Of a stretch of DNA of 64,000 bases, positions 53,191-64,000 are shown one piece after another (within the stretch, counting starts at the first letter, position 1; each line of letters starts with the position of its first letter). This DNA comes from the human T2T-CHM13v2.0 reference genome, Homo sapiens. Position numbers and translations under genes: made by a program. The DNA lies in assembly GCF_009914755.1 (NCBI RefSeq), contig NC_060948.1; one strand, given 5' to 3'. The notes beneath the pieces were generated by a model. That model worked only from the letters and a program-made list of their open reading frames with translations. It did no database searches and was not told the origin of the DNA.

Positions 53191-55430
53191 ATGTCTTTTG
53201 TTTAGTAAATTTAGATCTTTTATATTTAAGGTAATTATTGTTGTGTTAGTGTTTTAGTTTGCCTCTTAATTATTTGTTTTATGTTACCTCTGTTTTTCAT
53301 TTCAATTTTACCTTGTCTTAATTGTCTTTGGCTTGCTTGAATATTTTTGAGGACCCCAACATTATTTTATATAGAACTCCTAAGCAAATCAGTTAGTATA
53401 TACTTTTATTAGGGGTTGTTCTAGGTATCGAATTATACATGTAACTTATTACAGTCTACTAGCATAAATATTTTATTTCTTCATGCGAAGCGTGAAAACC
53501 TTACTTTAAGTTCCTTTTAGTGTCTCACTTTAAATTATCATTTTCATGACAATAGATCATGTTATAATTTTTCAGAAAAAATAAAATTTTTATAACTTAT
53601 AAGGAAAAAATATTTTTATGCCATTTTTTTTTTGAGACAGAGTCTCTGTCACCTATGCTGAAGTGCAGTGGCATAATCTCATCTCACTGCAACCTCTGCC
53701 TCTCAGGTTCAAGCGATTCTCCTGACACAACCTCCTGAGTAGCTGGGATTACAGATGCCTGCAACCTTGCCTGTATGCCAATTTTTTTGCTCTTTCCATT
53801 GTTTCCTCCTCCTGCATGTTGCTACAAGAGTACTTTTTTTTTATGATGTCCTGTCTGAAGATTATTCTTTAGCCAGTCTTTAAGGATAGGTGTGCTGGTG
53901 ACAAACTGTTTTAGTTTTCTTTATATGAGAGTTATTTATTTCCCTTTACTCTGCTTAGTTTTATCACATTTAGATTTCAGAGTTTTAATTATTTTCTCTC
54001 AGCATTAAAAAATCAGTTTCAGATAAAAAATCCGTGGTTATTTGAAGTGTTTTTTTCCCCTGTAGTTAAAGTGTAATTTGTCTTTGCTGCTTTCAGTTTA
54101 TTTTCATCCTAGAGATTTAATCTAATATTTCTTGATGTGTATTTCTGTGAGCTTATATTATTTAGGTTTTGCTAAGCTCTGTGAATCTGTATGGTTTTTT
54201 TTTGTTGTTGTTTGTTTGTTTCAAACCTGAGAACTTTCAGCTAAGTATTTCTTCACATGTTTTTTGCAATTCTCCTTTTATCTACTCTCCTTCCAGGATT
54301 CTAATTATATGAACGTTAGGTCTTTTGTTATTGTCATACAAGTTGTTTACTGTACTTATTTTTTCCTTAGTCTAATTCCCCTCAATTCTTCAGGTCGATT
54401 CTTTTGACCTGTTTCCAAGGTTATTGATTTTATCTTCTGTCATCTCTACTATGTTATTGTGTCCATTCAGGGCACAATTAGCTATTTTTTGTTGTTTTTT
54501 AATTTGTTTTAAATTTTACTTATAATTTTTTACTTTTATATTTTTCATTTTGTTCTGTTTTTGTAACTTCTATTTCTTTGCAGATGTTTTCTAATGTTTT
54601 GGCTTGTTTAAAGAAAATTTGTCATTAATTGTTGAAGCATTCTTATTATGGCTATTTCAAAATATTTGTCAGATAATTCCAACATTTGATTCATCTTAAT
54701 ATTGTTGTCAGTTGTCTTTTTTCATTAAATATGTGATTTTCTTATTTATTGGTATAATAGGTTTTTTCAATTATACATTGGAAATTTTGTCTATTATGTA
54801 AAAAGCCCCTGGCTCTTATTTGTTTCTATTTCAACTGTCACATTTAGCATAAAGGCCCTAGTTTACATATGCAGGATGTAATTCCAGTGACAGCTTATTT
54901 TTCAGAGATTTGCAGTGTTATTTTGATCTGTTTGGTTGATTTGATGCTACTATGGCTCCCTGTGGTCTTTGCTGATGTTGCCTGAAAGAACTAAACTGAT
55001 TTCACCAGGCTAGGCTGCCTTAGTATCTCTTGATGTGAAAGAGAGTCTGTAGCTTGTGAGGAAAGAGGCTTCTCTGGTGAGACCCTTGTTGTGGTGGAAT
55101 CCTCCTTGCCTTAAAGTAACAGGTAGTATTTCCTGGCTTGGGTGCTTGTTGTAGCATGTTAGTTTCTGAATGATCCCACTATTTACCTCAGTGTCTCTTT
55201 GTCAGGGAGGAACATGTTAGGCCTACTGTGACCCCAAAGCTGCCAAGGCCAGGCCACTTGTTTTGGCTGGGTCCTTGATTCAGGTTTGTTATGTTTATCC
55301 TTAAGTACCAAACCATTATTCGTTCTGCTTACCATTTGTATCATTCTTCTCTGTTTGGTTTTTACATTATTTCAGAGTTCATAGCTGGACTTATAGAAAG
55401 TAGCAGGGATAAATCAATGTCTTCCTGTCT
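53190..55430 (-). mobile_element. Old L1M inter-ORF / ORF1 / 5' remnant
   Basis: T-rich antisense L1 motifs 'taggtgtgctggtgacaaac' and 'atttgtcagataattccaacat'. Confidence 0.55.
53624..53773 (-). mobile_element. 5'-truncated Alu (right monomer only)
   Basis: Poly(T) followed by 'gagacagagtctc...gctgggattacaga', flanked by the TSD 'tatgcca'. Confidence 0.88.
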
Positions 55431-56315
55431 GAACAAGAATTTTACATTGTATGTGTACTCAACCTTTTCTCCCAGTGGCCAAAACAGTCTAACTTTTTTT
55501 TTTCTTAACCAATATGGAATGCTGCTATCTAAAAGTTAGGCAAAACATATCAGAAAATTAGGCTTTAGGTCCTGCCTGGGTAGTATATATTGTAACTAGT
55601 AATAAGTAGAATTTCCAGAATTGAATAGAAAATTATTAATACTAGGCAGAAGATTTTCTTACTTTTCTGCGTTGGAAAGCCTTATATTTCACCATTCTAC
55701 AGCTTTCCAAAAGATTAATGCCATGTGTCTTGACATTGGAAACTATAAGCCTAAATTTAGAAACATGCTAATTAAAGCTAAACAAAATTTAGAGACATAC
55801 TAATGTGCACTAAACTTTATTGACTAACCATTAGGTAGCCAGTTAAAAATTGTTGTGCAAAATTTTAATGACAATTTGCCTTAATTTTAATCACAATTTG
55901 CCACTTAAGTGATCAATACATTATATAGATTTTTAAATGTAAATTTGATGATGTAGAAGAATGTTTTTCTGTTTATTGTTATATAGGAAGCAATCACAGA
56001 AGTCTGAGTTGTGATCATACCACCTAGCATCAATTATTTTAGACAGGTTTAATAATCATAAAGGAATTTTCAAATGTTTGCCTTTCAAAATTCTCCCTAC
56101 ATTTCCAAGGTCCTGCAGAACAGCATATCTAATTTATTTTCCCCATTTCCAGAGACCATCCAGCCTTATAGTTAATATGGAACCAACATCTGATATTACA
56201 GCACTATAGGGCTCACAAGGACTTTCAGCATCATAGATTAGAAATTCTTTCCTTCATTACTGTGGTAGAAAGAGATTATCTGACCTTATAAGTTCAATGA
56301 GTATTTTGCTGTTTA

Positions 56316-56500
56316 GAGCATTTCCCAAATTTGTTCAATGCAACATAACTGGGTGAAATAGTAGTAGGTTCCATAGGCATAGACAAGATGACATGGTCAT
56401 GTAAGTTTGGTAAATAATAAGCTAAACATAGTTAAATATTTGTATTTTTCTGCATGACTTCCCAGAACCTTTAACATGCCTCTCCAAGGATGGAGGAGAG
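56316..56500. mobile_element. Possible hAT-Charlie DNA transposon remnant
   Basis: 'taagtttggtaaa...ctaaacatagttaaa...ctgcatgacttcccagaacctttaacatgc' resembles recalled Charlie4-like sequence. Confidence 0.4.
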
Positions 56501-56859
56501 AGCAGGTTAAAATCTAGTGTTTCTAAAAGAATTATCTTTTGAAATAATCTTTAGAAAATTTGCCTGGAATATTTTCATTTGTTTAACACAGAATTTCCAA
56601 ATCTTGATTGAATATAGAATGCCCCTCACCACACATACTTTATTCCCCGTAAAGAAGAACATATATTCAGTCCAAGCAATTAAAGTGGGAAAATTTAAAG
56701 TGATAAAGATAGAAAAAAATAATTACAAGTGACCTTACTTCCAGATTATGATTGTCTCCGTTGACTTTGATAAATACCTACAAACTGTTTGGCAGGATGA
56801 ACAGAGACAGTGTAATTTTTTTAAAGGTAATTGCAATTTTTTACAACAAAAAAATTAAA

Positions 56860-58730
56860 AGCCTCAATCTTTAATACCAACAAAATAGCATATATATTTT
56901 AAAATTATAAGATCTATAATATTTTTACATAGAAAATAAAGTAAAATATTGAGAATATTAAAAAGAACTAAATTAATAAAAAGATACATTATGTTCATGA
57001 ATAAAATAGACTATATGTCAAAGAAGTCTATTATTATATTGATTTGTGTTTTGGGGCAATTCAAATCAAAATTTGAGCAAGGTTTTTAGTATTTTTAGTG
57101 GAATTTTACAGATTATTTAACTCTTTTAGGAGAGCAAAGGTCCAGGAGTAGCAATGATATTCTTCAATAAGAGCCCAGTAAAGGGACTATTTCTACTTGT
57201 CCTATCAGCTATCAAGACATTATTAAGACTCATTTTAAGTCCATAGTTATAGGACCATATTATACTGGCAAATAAATGAATGCAGGAAAATAGAGAGTGC
57301 AGAATTTAATCAGCACCTGTATAAAAACCATTAATATGTGGTGTTGGAATTAGTGGTTATCTACATAGAAAAAAAAATTGGATTCCTATTTTATACCTTC
57401 ACAGAATGCAATTATGGATATATTAAGTACTTCAATGTACAAGAATAGTACTTGAAAACTTTTAGAAAAAAACATAATATTTCTATGATTAGATATTTTA
57501 CACATGATAAAAAGGTGCAAGTGATAAAGAAAGTGAAAAGGCATTCCATGACAGGGAAAACATCAGGGAAAACATATTTATCATACATACCATTTGACAA
57601 AGGCTTACTTTTCAGAATATGTTTTGGGATAATTAAGAAAACACTACAAACCAATAGGTAAAGATAAGTAATCTACTAATAAAGCAATATACAAAAGTGA
57701 CAAAAGGGATTTCTACATAAACAGAGACATATGTGTTCAATAAGCATTTGAAAATATGCTCAACTATATTAGAAAGAAAATGCAAATTAAAATCAGATAC
57801 AATTTCATATTCATTAGAATTATGAAAATAAAAAAATTCAGACAACACTAAGTGTATTAATTTGCTAAGGCTGCCATAAAAAGTACTACAGACTAGGTGG
57901 CTCAGAAAAACTTAATTTTATTGTCTTACAACTCAGAAAGTGAGAAGTCCAAGATCAGGTTATTGGCACATTTGGTTTCTTCTGAGGCCTCTCTCTCTGG
58001 CTTGCAGGTGGTGGTCTTCTCACTATGTCCTTACATAGTCATTTTTCTCTGTGTTATATGTGTTCTAATTTCCTCTTCTTATAAGGATACCAGTCACACT
58101 AGATGACAGTTCACCCATATGACTTCATTTTATCTGAATTTTCTTATTAAGGACCCTATCTCCAAATACAGTCACATTCTGAGGTACTGGGAGTTATTAC
58201 TTCAACACCCAAGAGTGCATAATTTAGCTCATAAATTTCAAGGGTACATAATTTAGCCCATAACACTAAGTTTTAGCAAAGATACTAACATGAAACTAAC
58301 ATTAAACAAACATTAAAACTGAACAAACATGAATAACACTAAACAAAGACACTAATTGTCTGCTATTCTGCGGTACATAGAATTATCATATGCTTCAGTT
58401 GAGAGTTTAAGTTGGTATAAACCTTTTGAAAAACATTTTTTATTATTTAGTAATGTTGAATATGTACATGCCCTAAAAATTTTACTTCTACTTATGCCTC
58501 AGATGGCATTTGTACAGGTGCTCAAGAAGAAATATATAACAAAAAGCCAAAAGTAAAAACTGGCAAACACCCAAATATCTACCAAAATAGAATAGATGAA
58601 GAAATTGTGGTAAAGTAATATAGTGGAATATTGTACAACAATTAAAATTACTAAACTATAGTAATGCACGTCAGCATATGTCAATCACAAAATTATTTAG
58701 TGATAGACTAAATTCACAGAATATATAAAT
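56860..58730 (+). mobile_element. Ancient L1ME-like ORF2 end and 3'UTR
   Basis: 'aagcatttgaaaatatgctcaac...gaaaatgcaaattaaaa' and 'gaagaaattgtggtaaag'. Confidence 0.65.
57853..58265 (-). mobile_element. MLT1A0/MLT1B-like solo LTR
   Basis: 'tgtattaatttgctaaggctgccataa...cagtcacattctgaggtactggg...cccataaca', with perfect 5-bp TSD ctaag. Confidence 0.88.
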
Positions 58731-58734
58731 ATTT

Positions 58735-59445
58735 CTTCTTTGTGTGAAGTGATTTTCTAGCAGTATGTTTTAATTTTTTGCCTTTTTGTGTATCTGTTGT
58801 AGAGTATTGATTTGAGGTTACCATGAGGCTCTCAAATAATATTTTACAACCAAATATTTTAAACTGATGACAACTTAATTTGAATCACAAAAAAATTTTA
58901 AAAAGCAAAAAAAAATTAAAACTTTTATATTTTAGCATCACCATCCCCCCACTTCTTGCCATTTTATCTCTATTTATAATTTTTATACTATCTATCTCAT
59001 AAAGTTATTGTACTTATTACTTTTGATAGGTTTTTCTTTTAGTCTTCCTACTCAAGATACGAGTAGTTTGCACATCAAAGTTACAGCGTTAGAATATTCT
59101 GTATTTGTGTGTTTAGTATTACTAATGAGTTTTACATCTTGAGATGATTTATTATTGATCTTTTTTTTTCTTTCAGAATAAATAACTCCCTTTAGCATTT
59201 CTGGTAGAACTGGTCCAGTGTTGGCAAAATCCCTCCACTATTGCTTGTCTAGGAAAGTCTTTATGTATCTTTCATGTTTGAAGGGTATTTTTTGCTGGAT
59301 GCGCTATTCTAGCATGAAAGTTTGTTTTACCTCCTTCAGCACAATGAATATGTCGACTCACTCTTTTCTGGCCCCTAAGGTTTCCACTGAGAAGTTTGCT
59401 GCCACATGTATTGGAGCTCATTTTTATGTTATTTTTTTAGCTGCT
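58735..59445 (-). mobile_element. L1M inter-ORF / ORF1-end fragment
   Basis: 'ccctttagcatttctggtagaactggtccagtgttggcaaaatccctc' and 'aaggtttccactgagaagt'. Confidence 0.7.
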
Positions 59446-61136
59446 TATACAAAGTTTTTGCACATCAAAAGAAACAATCAAAAAAGTAAAAGACCCAGTT
59501 TTACAGATCCGGTTTCATTATTCTGCATATGGCTAGCCAATTTTCCCAGCAACATTTATTGAATAGGATGTTCTTTCCTTGCTCTGTTTTTGTTTTTTTT
59601 GTTTTTTTTTTTTTTTTTGGCAACTTTGTTGAGGATCTATAGGCTGTAGGTATGTGGCTTTATTTCTGGGTTCTTTATTCTGTTCCATTGATCTATGTGT
59701 CCATTATTGTACAAGTACCGTGTGGTTTTGGTTACTATAGCCTTTTAATATAATTTGAGGTCAGTTAATGTGATGCCTCCATGCCTCCAGCTTTGTTCTT
59801 TTTGCTTAGAATTGCTTTAGCTTTTCTGGGTTTATTCCTTATGAATTTTTGGATCTTTACTTATTCTGTGAAAAATGACATAAGTATTTTGATAGGAATG
59901 GCATTACATCTGTAAATTGCTTTGGGGAGTATGGTCATTTTAATGATTGATTATTTCAAATCATGAGCATGGGCTTTTTTTTTCGTTTGTCTTTGTCATT
60001 TAGGATTTATTTCATCACTGTCTTATAGTTTTCCTTCTAGCAATCTTTTATCTCCTCGATTAAATGTATACCTAGGTATTTATTTTTTCTTGTAGCTATT
60101 GTAATTAGGTTTGACATTTTGATTTGGTTCTCAGCTTGATCAGTACTGGTGTATAGAAATACTACTAATTTTTGTACTTTGATGTATCCTGAAATGTTAT
60201 TAAATTCATTTATTAGATCTAGGAGTACTTTGGTGGAGTCTTTAGGGTTTTTTATGTATAAGATCACATGATAAACAAATGGAAATAATTAGGCTTTCTC
60301 TTTTCAATTTGGATGCCTTTTATTTCTTCCTCTTACCTGATTGCTCTGGCTAGGACTTCCAGTACTATGTTGTAATAAGAGTGGTGCAAGTGAGCATCCT
60401 TTTCTTTTTTCATTTCTAAGAAGAAAAGCTGAAAGCTTTTACTATGATGTTGGCTATGGGTTTATTATATATGGTTTTTTATTATTTTGGGGTATGTTTC
60501 TTCTATGCATAGTTTGTTGAGTGTTTTTATTATGAAGCAATGCTGAATTTTATAAAAAGATGTTTTTAATCTATTGGGATGATCATATGGTTTTTGTCCT
60601 TAATTCTGTTAATGTGGTGAATTGCATTTATTGATTTCTATATGTTGAACCACCCTTGCATCTCTAGGATAAAATCCACTTGAATGTGGTGCATTACTTT
60701 TTTTGATGAGCTGTTGGATTTCGTTTACTCATATATTGTCGAGAATTTTTGCATCTATGTTCACCAAGAATAGTGGTCTGCAGTTTCCTTTAATTGTTTC
60801 TTTGCCTGGCTTTGGTATCAGAGTGCAACTAGCTGCATATAATTAGTTAGGGAGGATTCATTTCTCCTTAATTTGTTGAAACTATTGCAGTGGGTACCAG
60901 TTCTTCTTTGTAATTCTGGTAGAATTAGGTTGTGAATCCATCTGGTCCTGGGCTTCTTTTTTGTGGGGAGATTTTTAAAGTACTGATTCAATCCCACTAT
61001 TCACTGTTGGTCTATAGAAAATTTTTATTTCTTCCTGGTTCAATCTTGAGAGGTTATATGTTCCAGGAATTTATCTGTTTCCTTAAGTGTTCTAGTTCAT
61101 GACTATAGAGATATTCATAGTAGTTTCTAATAATAT

Positions 61137-61697
61137 ATATATGTATATATTATAATATTATATATACACATATATGAATATATAGGAATATATATACATA
61201 TAGGAATATATATACATATATGAATACATATACATATATGAATATATATGAATACGTATTCATATATGAATACGTATTCATATATGTGTATATATGAATA
61301 TGTATTCATATATGAATATATATATGAATACATATACATACATGAATATATATGAATACATATACATACATGAATATATGAATACATATACATACATGAA
61401 TACATATGAAGACATATACATACATGAATACACATGAAGACATATACATACCTGAATACATATGAAGACATATACATACCTGAATACATATGAAGACATA
61501 TACATACATGAATACATATGAAGACATATTCATACATGAATATATATGAGTACATATTCATATATGAATATATATGAGTACATATTCATATATGAATATA
61601 TATGAGCACATATACATATATGAATATATATGAGTACATATACATATATGAATATATATGAGTACATATACATATATGTATACATGTTATATATATA

Positions 61698-61733
<36 letters not shown>

Positions 61734-61747
61734 CATATATATATATA

Positions 61748-61748
<1 letters not shown>
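61137..61748. repeat. AT-rich ~28-bp minisatellite with (TG)n/(TA)n, in the Alu tail position
   Basis: Units such as gaatacatatgaagacatatacatacat; TG run at ~61701-61728. Confidence 0.92.
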
Positions 61749-62035
<287 letters not shown>

Positions 62036-62881
62036 TCTGATAATATTTTGTAGTTCTGTTGTATCAGTTGTAATATCTTCTTATTCATTTCTAATTGTGC
62101 TTTTTTTAATCTTCTCTATTTTTAATCTAGCTAGCATTCAATTAATTTTGTTTATCGCTTCAAAAATAAACTAGTTTAACTGATACTTTGTATGGTTTTT
62201 TGGTTTCAAGTTCAATTAGTTCTGCTGTGATGCTGTAAACTTTGTTATTTATTCCTTTTCGTCTGCTAGCATTGAATTTGGTTTCTACTTTATTTTTTAG
62301 TTCCTTGAGGTGTGACATGCTGTTATTAATTTGTGATCATTCTGTCTTCTTGATATAAGCATTTAATGCTCCAAACTTCCCTCTTAGCGTTGCTTTTGCT
62401 GTATCTCCAAGGTTTTGATATGGTGTTTCTCTATTTTTATATGTTACAATTTTTAAAATGTTCCTCTTACTTTATTTATCCAAACACTGTTCAGGAGCAA
62501 GTTTTTAAATTTTCCTGTATTTGTGTGGTTTTGAGAGTTTGTCTTGGAACTGATTTCTTCTTTCATTTCTCTATGATCTGAAATGATACTTGATATAATT
62601 TTGATTTTCAAAAATTTACTGAGACTTCTTTTGTAACCTAACATATAGTTTATTTTGGAAAATGGTGCATATGCTGATGAGAAGATTGTATATTCTTTGG
62701 TTGTTGGGTAGAATATTCTGTAAATGTCTGTTAGGTCAATTTGGTCTAGAGGCCCATTTAAGTTCAGTATTTCTGTGCTGATTTCCTGTCTTGATAATCT
62801 GTCTAGTGCTGTCAGTGGGGATTGAAGTCCGCCACTATTATTGTATTAATATTTATCTCTTAGTTCTATCATTTGTTTCAT

Positions 62882-64000
<1,119 letters not shown>

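Overview
Primate (hominoid, human-like) AT-rich DNA made almost entirely of nested interspersed repeats. I found no host protein-coding exon, RNA gene or CRISPR array. Main components: (1) a full-length ~6.03-kb young L1 (L1PA2/L1PA3-type, 32876-38904, +) with a perfect 15-bp TSD, disabled ORF1/ORF2 and an open antisense ORF0; (2) a two-LTR non-autonomous MER61-type ERV1 provirus (6305-12074, -) with a 4-bp TSD, tRNA-Lys-like PBS and PPT, containing a nested LTR12 solo LTR and itself sitting in an old L1; (3) a near full-length decayed L1PB-type element (16893-23495, +) carrying a perfect 51-bp inverted repeat; (4) many older L1M fragments, solo LTRs (MER50, MER66, MER21, LTR1/MER52-like, THE1D, MSTA, MLT1, MLT2, LTR16, LTR33), five Alus and L2 remnants. 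I see no evidence of a new multi-gene system. The best leads are structural: the perfect hairpin, a probable twin-primed L1 with a 3' transduction, a candidate LTR12-driven chimeric ERV transcription unit, and a minisatellite grown from an Alu tail. All subfamily names come from recalled consensus motifs, not from a search, and boundaries without a TSD are approximate.
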